Assembly: GCA_021787365.1 (NCBI GenBank)
Contig: JAJYMB010000054.1
Location: 5,365 to 69,364 of the forward strand
Length of the DNA stretch: 64,000 nucleotides
DNA from: Actinomycetes bacterium
GTDB lineage: Bacteria; Actinomycetota; Acidimicrobiia; Acidimicrobiales; Palsa-688
Direction: 5' to 3'
Shown: positions 36,801 to 45,530 of the stretch, piece by piece
Layout: every line of letters begins with the position of its first letter
How positions within the stretch are numbered: position 1 is the stretch's first letter
Position numbers and translations under genes: made by a program
Notes under the pieces: generated by a model
Database searches by the model: none
What the model was told of the DNA's origin: nothing
The model's input: only the letters and a program-made list of their open reading frames with translations

Positions 36801-38024
36801 TTAGCCTTCGTCCAGGTAGCGGGCCACTTCGGCCAGGGCCTCCAGGTCGGCGACCTCGCGCGCCAGGAACGGCACCCGGTACACGCTCGCTTTGGGCAGC
36901 GCCCCAGTTACCCGGTCGAGCTGCTCTTTCTCCTTGGAAGCAACCAGAGCTAGCTGCTCCAGGTTGACGACGAAAGGCGCCAGCGGGCTCTCGGCCAGGC
37001 CCTCGGCTACCCCAGGGCTGACGGGCTGATAGAGGGGGTAACAGCGGTTGACAATGACCTTGTCCACCTCGAACCCCTCCCCGGCGAGCTGGCCGGCAAG
37101 GAAGAGCGCCTCGTCGACAGTGTCTCGTCGCGGCGAACAGACCAGGGCGAACTCGGTCCGCCCGGAGTGCAGTAGTTCGTCCGCCCGCTTCGCCCGGGCA
37201 CGGAACCCGTCCTCCATGCCTTCGAACTCGGCGAAAAACTCCACCGTGTCCGCCACCACCTGCCCCCCGGCCACTTTTGCCACCGTCCGCAACAGCACAT
37301 GGGTACCGAACTCTATGGCGCGGAGGCCGGCTCGCGTCGGCGCCATGAGCAGGCGGAAGACCCGGTTGTCGAGGAGCCGGATCAGGTGCCTCGGTGCTTC
37401 CATGAAGTCGAGCGCGTGGCGAGCGGGAGGAGTGTCCACCACGATCAGGTCCCAGCGGCCGCTCTCTTGGAGTTCGTACAGCTTTTCCACGGCCATGTAC
37501 TCTTGGGTCCCGGACAAAGCAGCGGATATGTTGCGGTAGACCGGGTTGGCCAGGATGGCATCGGCCTGGGCCTCGTTCGTTGCATAGCGCCCCACCAGGT
37601 GGTCAAAGGTGCTCTGGGCGTCCAGCATCACGGCCCAGAGCTCACCCGGCCAGCCACGGGCGCCGGCCGGTGGGCCGACCCGGTGCGGTTCGTTGCCAAC
37701 GTGGCGGGTCCCGAGGGCGTCGGCGAGCCGGCGGGCCGGGTCGATCGTCACCACGCATGCACGCCGTCCGTCCTTGGCGCCCCGGAGTGCAAGAGCAGCC
37801 GCCGTAGTCGTCTTGCCTACACCCCCCGGGCCGACACATACGACGACATCGGGGCCGAGCAGCGTCGCCCGCCCCCCGCTCATGGCACCAGCCAGCTCGC
37901 TCGTCGCATCGGCCTGCGCGCCCGTAGCACCTTTTTGCCCCCTGGCCGTGCGATCGCCCCTGGCCGCCCGCACCCGCCCGCTCCCGCCGGGACCCTGCTC
38001 GCTCGCAGGGACTTCACCGTTCAC
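36801..38024 (-). CDS. ArsA/GET3-family ATPase-like protein
   Basis: Deviant Walker A VCVGPGGVGKTTTAAAL. GTG 38024 overlaps the upstream stop as GTGA. ATG 37883 is an alternative start. Confidence 0.75.
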   Translation of the reverse strand: MNGEVPASEQGPGGSGRVRAARGDRTARGQKGATGAQADATSELAGAMSGGRATLLGPDVVVCVGPGGVGKTTTAAALALRGAKDGRRACVVTIDPARRLADALGTRHVGNEPHRVGPPAGARGWPGELWAVMLDAQSTFDHLVGRYATNEAQADAILANPVYRNISAALSGTQEYMAVEKLYELQESGRWDLIVVDTPPARHALDFMEAPRHLIRLLDNRVFRLLMAPTRAGLRAIEFGTHVLLRTVAKVAGGQVVADTVEFFAEFEGMEDGFRARAKRADELLHSGRTEFALVCSPRRDTVDEALFLAGQLAGEGFEVDKVIVNRCYPLYQPVSPGVAEGLAESPLAPFVVNLEQLALVASKEKEQLDRVTGALPKASVYRVPFLAREVADLEALAEVARYLDEG

Positions 38025-39043
38025 GGGAGCTCGACCGGTTCCCAGCTGGCGACCGCTTTCCGGAGCGCGCCGGTGAGGGCTTCCAGCTGCTCGGGGCCGA
38101 GGTCGGCACTGAAGCAAAACGGCAGTTCGAGTTGCGGGAGCGGCAGTTCCTCCGCCAGACGAGCCACCTGGGCGGCCTGGGCTTCTTGGCGTAGGAGCCT
38201 CAGCCTCCCCGCCGCGCTCAGGCTGGCGGCGTCCCCGGCACCAAGCGTCACGCCAGCGCCGGCCGCCAGCCGGCGGAGGTCGTCGACGCCCAGGCCACCG
38301 GGGAGCGGGAGCACCGGCAGCCTGCCGTTCACGACGACAGCGCAGAGCTTGGTGCCGGCGCGGTCCTCGAGCAACTGAGCTGTCTCGACTGTTTCGCTAA
38401 CCGGTGTCTCCTCCGGCGTCGTCACTAGGACTACCTGGCAGCGGGCTGGGTCCGAGAGCATCTCCACCACCTCTTCGGCCTGGGCACGCACAGGCCCGCC
38501 GCTAGCCGCTTCGAGCAGGCCGTGTGGGCTCTGAAGAAAGCGGACGGCGTGGCCCGCGGCGGGCGCGTCCAGCAGTATCAGCTCTGGCGCCCTCGCCAGC
38601 CCCGCGGCGGCCGCTCTTTCCATTTGCTTTACCTTCCCGAGCACGAGCATGTCGGGCATCCCGGGTACGGCCGTGGCCACTACGTCCAGTGCGCCCGTGT
38701 TCACCAGACGGCGCGAAATCCGCCGCAGACCGTGAAGGTGGAGGTACTCGACCAGGGCGGTGTCGGGGCGTAGCGCCCTCGCCCGCACCTCCCCGTCGGC
38801 CTGCCCCACCCGCAAGGCCATCTCGTCGTAGGCGAGAGCCCGGTCACTTCCGAACAAGCGGGAGAGGTTGGCTGTCTCGGGTTGCAGCCGGTCGCTGGCG
38901 GTCGCGACCTGCACGACGACCACTCGGAGCCCCGCAGTAGCAGCAAGGTTGGCCATCACACCGCTCACGGTCGTCTTGCCCGTCCCGCCCTTGCCGGTGA
39001 CGATCAAGACCCGCGCCTGCGAAAAGAAGCTCAGCGGCTCCAA
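38021..39043 (-). CDS. ArsA/GET3-family ATPase-like protein
   Basis: Walker A VTGKGGTGKTTVSG. Paired with and coupled to the downstream paralogue. The track start is TTG, so the start is uncertain. Confidence 0.75.
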   Translation of the reverse strand: MEPLSFFSQARVLIVTGKGGTGKTTVSGVMANLAATAGLRVVVVQVATASDRLQPETANLSRLFGSDRALAYDEMALRVGQADGEVRARALRPDTALVEYLHLHGLRRISRRLVNTGALDVVATAVPGMPDMLVLGKVKQMERAAAAGLARAPELILLDAPAAGHAVRFLQSPHGLLEAASGGPVRAQAEEVVEMLSDPARCQVVLVTTPEETPVSETVETAQLLEDRAGTKLCAVVVNGRLPVLPLPGGLGVDDLRRLAAGAGVTLGAGDAASLSAAGRLRLLRQEAQAAQVARLAEELPLPQLELPFCFSADLGPEQLEALTGALRKAVASWEPVELP

Positions 39044-39197
39044 ACGGGCTCCTGCGGCACAGACCTCACGCGAAAAAGCAGGCTAGCCGCCGCCGGCTCT
39101 CCTGCTGCGCGCTCAGCCGAGCTGTCGGCACGCCGGGCCAGATTGCCTATTGCCAGCCAGCCTGAGCAGGGGTACCTTCGATCTAGAGGTACTGAGA

Positions 39198-39452
39198 GTG
39201 AGTGTAACGCTGCATGCACCGGAGGACTGGCAGGTGAGAGCGGCCTGCCGGGGGCACTCGGCGGCCATCTTCTTCGCCCCGACGCACTTCGAGCGAAAAG
39301 AGGCGCGTGTCGCCCGAGAACGGCAGGCGAAGGCCGTGTGCGCCATGTGCCCCGTGCGCAAGGAGTGCCTAAATTATGCCCTGCGGATACACGAGCCGCA
39401 CGGCATCTGGGGCGGCCTCAACGAGGTCGAGCGGCGCGCCATCGCGGGCTGA
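39198..39452 (+). CDS. WhiB family transcriptional regulator
   Basis: Four Cys in the WhiB pattern (AACRG ... AVCAMCPVRKEC) plus the GIWGG turn. GTG 39198 is preferred over the track TTG 39150, so the start is uncertain. Confidence 0.85.
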   Translation: MSVTLHAPEDWQVRAACRGHSAAIFFAPTHFERKEARVARERQAKAVCAMCPVRKECLNYALRIHEPHGIWGGLNEVERRAIAG

Positions 39453-39508
39453 GACACCGTCCCGGGGGCAACTCGAGGCCACGGCGCAGTGGCTCCGCGC
39501 GCCCTGAG

Positions 39509-40312
39509 CTAGCTCGTCGGAGGGAGGCCTTCTCCCGCCCGCGAAAGGGTCGAGCCCGGCGCACCCGTCTCTTCTCCAGGGCCGTTCGCCTGCGGGTTCG
39601 CGTTGCGGGCTGCCTCCGACGCCGCCTTGAGCGCGCCAATGACTCGGGCGTTGGGCGCTCCGACCTGGCCCAGCCTCGGGGCGGGGAGCTGTCGCGACGG
39701 CTTTGGCACGGCATTGCCGGCGGCCACGACGACTCCGAGCGGTCCGGCGGCGAGGCCCTCGACCAGGCGGCCCAGCAGCCAGCCACAAAGTGGCCAAAGC
39801 ACCAGTTCGACCGCCGCCCCGAACCCGAGCCCGGCAGCGACGTCGGCCGGGTAGTCCGCGCCCACGTAGACCCTGGCAAACGCCAGCAGCAAGGCCGCTA
39901 CGAGGGCGATGGAGGCCAGCCAATGACGCCGGGCCAGGTAGAGGCCGGTCACCACCGCGCCCGCCATAGCCGTACGGGCGTCGGGCAGAGGAGCGCCGCT
40001 GGCAGGCACGAGCAGCTCGACATGGTGCAAGACCTGGTAGGGACGCGGCTCGTCGAGCAGGGGCGCCACCGCTTGCTGGGCCCCGAGCGCCACCAGCGCG
40101 CCCAGGCCTCCCCACAAGGCCCCGGCGACCCCTTCGGGCCGGTGCCGGGCCACGAGCCACGCGCCGAGAAGAAGCGCTGCGAGGACAAGGAGGCCCGCCC
40201 CGACTGGGGACGCCGCTTTCTCGGCGTAAGCAGCCATAAACCCGTGCGCCCAGTGCGACCTACGGGCGAGCCGGTTGAGGTCCAAGTACAAGCTGGTACC
40301 CACGGCGACCAC
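39509..40312 (-). CDS. PAP2 (type 2 phosphatidic acid phosphatase) superfamily membrane protein with substituted catalytic motifs
   Basis: Family-like layout LLDEPRPY ... LPDARTAMAGA ... FARVYVGADYPADVAAG, compared with the canonical KxxxxxxRP / PSGH / SRxxxxxHxxxD. GGGAGG precedes GTG 40312. Confidence 0.6.
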   Translation of the reverse strand: MVAVGTSLYLDLNRLARRSHWAHGFMAAYAEKAASPVGAGLLVLAALLLGAWLVARHRPEGVAGALWGGLGALVALGAQQAVAPLLDEPRPYQVLHHVELLVPASGAPLPDARTAMAGAVVTGLYLARRHWLASIALVAALLLAFARVYVGADYPADVAAGLGFGAAVELVLWPLCGWLLGRLVEGLAAGPLGVVVAAGNAVPKPSRQLPAPRLGQVGAPNARVIGALKAASEAARNANPQANGPGEETGAPGSTLSRAGEGLPPTS

Positions 40313-40379
40313 CTCCCGTCGACCAAGGCGAATCTAATGGCCCACGCCCTCAGGTTCAACGGTCAGCTGGAGTTGTGGG

Positions 40380-41819
40380 TCAGAGCCGGGCGGCTGCCGT
40401 CCTCGCCGTGCGTTGCATAAGGGCCCAGAGGGCCTCGATGTCAGCCCACTCGGTCGTCTCCGAGCCCACAGACACCCTCACCATCCAGCGCCCGTCGAGG
40501 TGGGCCGGGGTGAGGTGGGCCTCCCCGGTGGAGTTCACGGCCTCGCACCAAGCCAGGGTGTGCTCGTCGAGTTGCTCGCCGGCCAGACCTTCGGGAACGT
40601 GCAGGACGCAGAGCGTCTGGAGCGGCACGGGCGCGACCAGCCGCCAGCCCGGCGCTTGCTCGACGAGACCGGCCAAGCGGGCAGCGTTGGCCAGGTCACG
40701 CCGGAGCCGGGCTCGGATGGCCTCTGCTCCCTCCAAGCGCAACAACGCCCACAACCGGAGCGCCCGGAAGCGCCGCCCGAGCGGGAGCCCCCAGTCCCTG
40801 TACTGGACCACGGCACCGTCGCGCGAGGAGCGCAGGTAGCTCGGGCCCGTGGCCATGACCGAAACGAGCGCAGCTGGCTCCTTCACGTAGAAGAGGGACG
40901 TTTCCAGCACCGAACCCAGCCACTTGTGAGGGTTCCAGGAAATGGAGTCGGCCGCTTCGATGCCCGTGAACAGGGCCCTGCACTCCTCGAGCAGCATGGC
41001 GGAGCCGGCCATGGCCGCGTCCACGTGCACCCAGGCCCCGTAGCTGCTGGCCACCCCACAAATCGTGTCGATCGGGTCGAAGGCCGTCGTGGCGGTGGTG
41101 CCTGCCGTCGCCACCACGGCCGCGGGCCGCCGGCCCGCCGCCGTGTCTTCGGCCATCATCTTTTCGAGGGCCGCCGGGTCCATGGCACGGGAAGGGCGCA
41201 AGATCGGGACCGAGCGCAGGTTGGCGGCCCCGAACCCGGCGAGGAGCGCCGCCTTGGCCACCGAGGAGTGCGCCTCAGGGGACGTGTAGACCACGAGCGG
41301 TGCGGGGCAGGCCTGCAGGCCCGCCTCCCGCTGGGAACCGGCCGTGCCGGCGACGGCGCGTTCCCTGGCCACGAGCAGCGCAACCAGGCACGCCGTAGAG
41401 GCGCCGTCGCAGATCGTGCCGTGCCAGACCTCCGAAAGCCCGCACAGCTGCCGGGCCCAGTCACAGACCACCTGTTCGAGCTCGGTGAGCGCCGGCGCTG
41501 ACTGCCAGCTGATACCGAGCGCCCCGACCCCTGACGCCAAGATGTCACCGAGCACCGACGCGAGAGCGGCATTGGCGGGGAACCATGCGAAATTGCGCGG
41601 GTGCTGGGCATGGGTGAGGCCGGGGACGATCACGCGGTCCAGGTCCTCGATCAGCGCCGAGAGGGGTTCGGGCGCCTCGGGGGCGCTCCCAGGCAGCGCG
41701 CCGGCTACCTCGCCCGGCTCGACTCGCGACCGAACAGGCAAGGATGCGACCTTCGCGCGGTAGTCGGCGACCCAATCGACCAGGCGGTGCGCCGCCTCCC
41801 GGAACTCCTCGGGGCCCAT
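40380..41819 (-). CDS. pyridoxal-dependent (group II) amino acid decarboxylase
   Basis: Start reassigned to ATG 41819 (MGPEEFREAAHRLVDWVADY, typical of aromatic-L-amino-acid/DDC-like enzymes). PLP lysine motif SWNPHKWLG. Confidence 0.85.
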   Translation of the reverse strand: MGPEEFREAAHRLVDWVADYRAKVASLPVRSRVEPGEVAGALPGSAPEAPEPLSALIEDLDRVIVPGLTHAQHPRNFAWFPANAALASVLGDILASGVGALGISWQSAPALTELEQVVCDWARQLCGLSEVWHGTICDGASTACLVALLVARERAVAGTAGSQREAGLQACPAPLVVYTSPEAHSSVAKAALLAGFGAANLRSVPILRPSRAMDPAALEKMMAEDTAAGRRPAAVVATAGTTATTAFDPIDTICGVASSYGAWVHVDAAMAGSAMLLEECRALFTGIEAADSISWNPHKWLGSVLETSLFYVKEPAALVSVMATGPSYLRSSRDGAVVQYRDWGLPLGRRFRALRLWALLRLEGAEAIRARLRRDLANAARLAGLVEQAPGWRLVAPVPLQTLCVLHVPEGLAGEQLDEHTLAWCEAVNSTGEAHLTPAHLDGRWMVRVSVGSETTEWADIEALWALMQRTARTAAARL

Positions 41820-41881
41820 GGCTGCCAACGCTGTCGCCGCGGGCCGGCCCCCCGCAAGTCGTGCCCTGCGAGAGGACGCGC

Positions 41882-42472
41882 TCAGCGCTGCAGGACGACT
41901 GTGATGAAGGAGGTGAGCGAACGTCCCGTGTTGGAGTAGCAGTACCCCCGGTCGGTCGGCACGCGGACGTACGCGCCCGAGGCGAGCGCGAAATGCTCGC
42001 CGGCGACGTCCAGCGCCAGCTGGCCCCTCGCCACGAGCACCACCTCCTCTGTGCCCGGGGGGTCGGCCTCGGCCTGGTAACTGGCGCCCGGCATGAGGTC
42101 CCAATGCCACACTTCGAGTTGGCCGGCCCCTGGGTACGTAGCGAGCAACTTGGCGCTGCTCCCTAGTTGGTCCTCCCATATCGGCGCTACCTCCGCCGGC
42201 ACGACCGGCACGAGGGGCGCCGGCGGGCGCGGCAGCACGAGCGACCCGAAGCCCGTTCCGAGCGAGCGGGCCAGCTTGTCGAGGGTGGCGAGGCTGGCGT
42301 TCGCCTGGCCCGCCTCGAGCAGGGTGATCGTGCGGCGGCTCACGCCCGAGCGGACCGAGAGCTCGTCCAGGGTGAACCCGCGCTCCTGACGCAAGGCCCG
42401 CACCCGTGAACCGACAGACCGGAACAGCTCGGCCGAGGCCGATGCCGCGGTACCTGCAGGCGCGTCTGCCAC
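41882..42472 (-). CDS. XRE family transcriptional regulator with C-terminal cupin domain
   Basis: HTH LRQERGFTLDELSVRSGVSRRTITLLEAGQANASLATLDKLARSLG with a cupin-like C-terminus. Start set to in-frame GTG 42472 because the upstream part of the track ORF reads a 41-bp tandem repeat in three frames. Confidence 0.7.
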   Translation of the reverse strand: MADAPAGTAASASAELFRSVGSRVRALRQERGFTLDELSVRSGVSRRTITLLEAGQANASLATLDKLARSLGTGFGSLVLPRPPAPLVPVVPAEVAPIWEDQLGSSAKLLATYPGAGQLEVWHWDLMPGASYQAEADPPGTEEVVLVARGQLALDVAGEHFALASGAYVRVPTDRGYCYSNTGRSLTSFITVVLQR

Positions 42473-42510
42473 CCAGCCATTGTGGCTGGAGGCGGGGCCG
42501 GCGCGTCCCG

Positions 42511-42633
42511 CCGGCGGGGGCTGCAGCAGCGCCGGCTGCACCCCGTTGGCGCCGGCGGGGGCTGCAGCGGCGCCGGCTGCACCCAGTTGGCGCCGGCGGG
42601 GGCTGCAGCGGCGCCGGCTGCACCCCGTTGGCG
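42511..42633. repeat. tandem repeat, 3 x 41 bp (plus a 7-bp partial fourth unit)
   Basis: Units at 42511-42551, 42552-42592 and 42593-42633: CCGGCGGGGGCTGCAGCGGCGCCGGCTGCACCCCGTTGGCG with 2 substitutions overall. Each unit holds the inverted repeat GCCGGCG-N13-CGCCGGC. Confidence 0.9.
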
Positions 42634-42867
42634 CCGGCGGTGCCCTTCTCGGTGCACCTCGCCCAAGCCGGTGCACTTGGCGTCTCCATACCGCCGGCTA
42701 GTGCTCCAAGATGTGACCACTGCACCCGGTTGGGGCCGCTCACGCCCGCCAGCGCCCGAACCCGGAAGACGCCAGACCCCAAAGTGTAATATAATGCACT
42801 TCGTCGGCAGTCAGCCGCTGGGACAACAGCGGCGGGCACCAATCAAGCACCTGGAAGACGAGACGAG

Positions 42868-44157
42868 ATGTACAACACGCCGAGGTTCGCGCGCACGCCC
42901 TTACAACCCGACGAGCGCCGGCAGGCCCTGGCGGCCGCCCTCCTGGTCGCGGCGACCGTGGCATGGGGCGCGACCTTCGTGGTCGTGAAAGACGCGATCG
43001 CCCACGTCGGGGTCGAGAGCTTCCTCACCTGGAGGTTCCTGATCGCCGGCGGGCTGTTGGTGGCAGCGCGGCCCCGCGCCTTGGCGAGGCTCAGCGCCAG
43101 CGGGTGGGCACGCGGGACTGCCCTGGGCCTCGCGCTCGCCGCCGGCTACGCCATGCAGACCTTCGGGCTCCGCGACGTCTCGGCCGCCGTGTCGGGCTTC
43201 CTGACCGGCCTGCAAGTCGTGTTCGTGCCCCTGATCGCTTGGGTGCTCCTGCGCCAACGCCCGCAGCGCTCGGCCTGGGTGGCGACGGCGCTGGCGACGG
43301 CTGGCTTGGCCGCCATCTCGCTAGGGGGCTTGGCCAGTGCTGCAGGTGCGGGGACCGGCGGCACCACCTCCGGCGAGTTGCTCACGCTCGCGTCGAGCGC
43401 CGTGTTCGCCCTCCAGATCGTCGGGCTCGGGCGCTGGTCGACCTCGGACGACGCTTACGGCCTCGCCACGGTCCAGCTGCTCACCGTCGGCGTGCTTTCG
43501 TTGCTCGCCACCTTGCCACGCGGCCCCGGCCTCCCCGCCGGCGCCGGCACCTGGGGTGCGATCCTCGTCACCGCCGTGGCAGCGACAGCACTCGCGTTCG
43601 TAATACAGAGCTGGGCACAGGCGCAGCTCTCCGCTACCCACGTGACGGTCTTGCTGACACTCGAGCCGGTTTTTGCCGCCTTGACCGCCTGGGCCGCCGG
43701 CGAGGCGCTCGGGTGGCCGGCGCTCGCCGGCGGCGGCCTCGTCATCGCCGGCATGCTCGTGGTCCAGGCCCGGCCCGCAGCGGCCAAGGCCCGAGAAGCG
43801 CAACGAGTGAAGGCGACCACCGGCGCCGGCGGGCCGGCTCTCGCGCTTGGCACCGCCGCTTTGGCGGCCGGTGCCGGCCCTCGGTACTTTGGCGGTCGTG
43901 GCACTGATCTCGCCCGCCGGCAAGGTCCCCCGGGCCAGCAAGACCCCCTATGCCGAGAAGCCTGGCCCCAAAGCGAGAGCGCTCGCAATCGCGCACCGGG
44001 GGGACCCGGTGAGCCAGCGGGAAAACACGGTCCAGGCCTTCGAGGCAGCCCGCGCGCTTGGGGCCGACATGGTCGAGCTCGACTGCCGGCTGACTCGCGA
44101 CGGCGAGGTCGTGGTGCTCCACGACGCGACGCTGGCGCGCCTCTGGGGCGACCCTAG
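42868..44157 (+). CDS. EamA/DMT family transporter with a long non-membrane C-terminal tail
   Basis: About 300 aa of 10-TM EamA-like sequence (TFVVVKDAIAHVGVESFLTWRFLIAG ...). The frame then stays open for about 120 more Arg/Gly/Pro-rich aa, overlapping the next gene. Confidence 0.7.
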   Translation: MYNTPRFARTPLQPDERRQALAAALLVAATVAWGATFVVVKDAIAHVGVESFLTWRFLIAGGLLVAARPRALARLSASGWARGTALGLALAAGYAMQTFGLRDVSAAVSGFLTGLQVVFVPLIAWVLLRQRPQRSAWVATALATAGLAAISLGGLASAAGAGTGGTTSGELLTLASSAVFALQIVGLGRWSTSDDAYGLATVQLLTVGVLSLLATLPRGPGLPAGAGTWGAILVTAVAATALAFVIQSWAQAQLSATHVTVLLTLEPVFAALTAWAAGEALGWPALAGGGLVIAGMLVVQARPAAAKAREAQRVKATTGAGGPALALGTAALAAGAGPRYFGGRGTDLARRQGPPGQQDPLCREAWPQSESARNRAPGGPGEPAGKHGPGLRGSPRAWGRHGRARLPADSRRRGRGAPRRDAGAPLGRP

Positions 44158-44677
44158 GCAGCTCTCCGATCTCACCTCAAACGAGCTCGAGTCGTTCCGC
44201 CAGGACGGCTACCGGGTCCCCCGCTTGGCAGAAGTGCTCCAAGCCGTCCCGCTACCGGTCATGGTCGACCTGCCCGACCCAGCTGCAGCCGCACCGTCGT
44301 GGGCGGTCGCTCGCGACGCCGGCGCGTCCGACCGCTGCATTTTCGCCGGCAACACCTCCGGCCTCGAGCACCTGCGCACGCTGTCGCCCGATGTGCGCAT
44401 CGCCCTCACCTGGGACAAGCCCGAGCGACCCTCGCCCCAACTGCTGAGGAGGGTGGAGCCCGAGTGGTGGAACCCTTACTTCCGCTTGGCCGACCCCGCC
44501 TCGGTCGAATGGGCGCACCGCTCCGGGATGGGGGTCTCGGTCTGGACCGTGGACAGCCGGCGGGACATCGCGTGGGCGCTCGATGCCGGCGTCGACGCCG
44601 TCATTTCCAACCAGGTTGTGCGCGTGGTGGAGGAGCTGGCTCGCCGGCAGGTACCAACAGCTCGGGCTAACCCTTGA
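43847..44677 (+). CDS. glycerophosphodiester phosphodiesterase (GDPD) family protein
   Basis: IAHRGD, ENT, MVELDCRLTRDGEVVVLHD motifs and an N-terminal hydrophobic segment. Start uncertain (TTG 43847, GTG 43871 or GTG 43898). Confidence 0.75.
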   Translation: MAPPLWRPVPALGTLAVVALISPAGKVPRASKTPYAEKPGPKARALAIAHRGDPVSQRENTVQAFEAARALGADMVELDCRLTRDGEVVVLHDATLARLWGDPRQLSDLTSNELESFRQDGYRVPRLAEVLQAVPLPVMVDLPDPAAAAPSWAVARDAGASDRCIFAGNTSGLEHLRTLSPDVRIALTWDKPERPSPQLLRRVEPEWWNPYFRLADPASVEWAHRSGMGVSVWTVDSRRDIAWALDAGVDAVISNQVVRVVEELARRQVPTARANP

Positions 44678-45530
44678 CCGAACCCGCCGTCGCACCTCTC
44701 ATGAAGTACTTCTGCAGTACCACGAACAAGATCACCATGGGAAGGACCGTGAGCACCGACGCACCGAGCTTGAGCGGGAACTGGTTGCCCGCCGACAGCC
44801 CACCGCCCACTATGTTGGCGAGGCCAGTCACCAGCGTGAAGTACTTGGGCGAGATCGTCGCTACCTCGAAGAACTGGAACTGGTTCCACGACGCCTGGAA
44901 CGAAAGGATCGTGAGGGCGATCAGGCCCGGGCGGACAACGGGCAACACTAGCTTCCAGTAGATCTGCCAGATGTTGGCGCCGTCGACCCGCCCCGCTTCC
45001 TCAAGGGCGTCGGGCACCTGGAGGAAAAACTGCCGCATCAGGAAAATACCCGTGACGTCGGCCAGCATCGGCAGGATCATCCCTTCGTAAGAGTTGAAGA
45101 TACCGAACTGCTTCAGCACCAAGAAGATCGGGATCAGGAGCACAACGCTCGGCACGGCCAAGGTGGCAATGATGAAGCCGAAGATCATCTTCCTGCCGGG
45201 GAAGCGCAGCCGGGCGAGGGCGTAGCCGGCCAGGCTGTCGAGGAATATCCTGCCGACCGTTATGAAAACCGATACGAACACGCTGTTGAAAAGCCAGCGC
45301 GGGAAGTCGGTCGTAGCCGCCGCCGGGCCTACGCCGAAGATCTGCTTCCATGCAGCTAGCGAAACTGGGTTCGGGACCAAGCTGATGGCGTCGTTGGTCG
45401 CCTGTGCGGTGGTCTTGAACGAGTTTACGACCGAGAAAACGAACGGGAATATAAAGAGCACCGCCAAGACTATGAGCCCTGTGTAGCCGAGCGCACGCTT
45501 GTAGGGAGGGCTGTAGGTCCGGGCGCTCAT
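44667..45530 (-). CDS. carbohydrate ABC transporter permease (MalG-like)
   Basis: EAA loop ALEEAGRVDGANIWQIYWKLVLPVV. ATGA overlap with the upstream permease. Confidence 0.85.
   Translation of the reverse strand: MSARTYSPPYKRALGYTGLIVLAVLFIFPFVFSVVNSFKTTAQATNDAISLVPNPVSLAAWKQIFGVGPAAATTDFPRWLFNSVFVSVFITVGRIFLDSLAGYALARLRFPGRKMIFGFIIATLAVPSVVLLIPIFLVLKQFGIFNSYEGMILPMLADVTGIFLMRQFFLQVPDALEEAGRVDGANIWQIYWKLVLPVVRPGLIALTILSFQASWNQFQFFEVATISPKYFTLVTGLANIVGGGLSAGNQFPLKLGASVLTVLPMVILFVVLQKYFMRGATAGSVKG

Noticed and set aside
38882-40420. 512-aa plus-strand ORF
   Set aside because: Arg/Gly/Pro-rich low-complexity translation that overlaps the WhiB gene in another frame and is antisense to the PAP2-like gene. 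This is a typical high-GC off-frame artefact.
42511-42633. Possible CRISPR array
   Set aside because: The 41-bp units are directly contiguous with no spacers, and no cas genes are present. This is a plain tandem repeat.
41820-42842. N-terminal 341 aa of the 820-aa ORF 40380..42842
   Set aside because: It overlaps the XRE-cupin gene in another frame and reads through the 41-bp repeats. Decarboxylase homology starts at ATG 41819.
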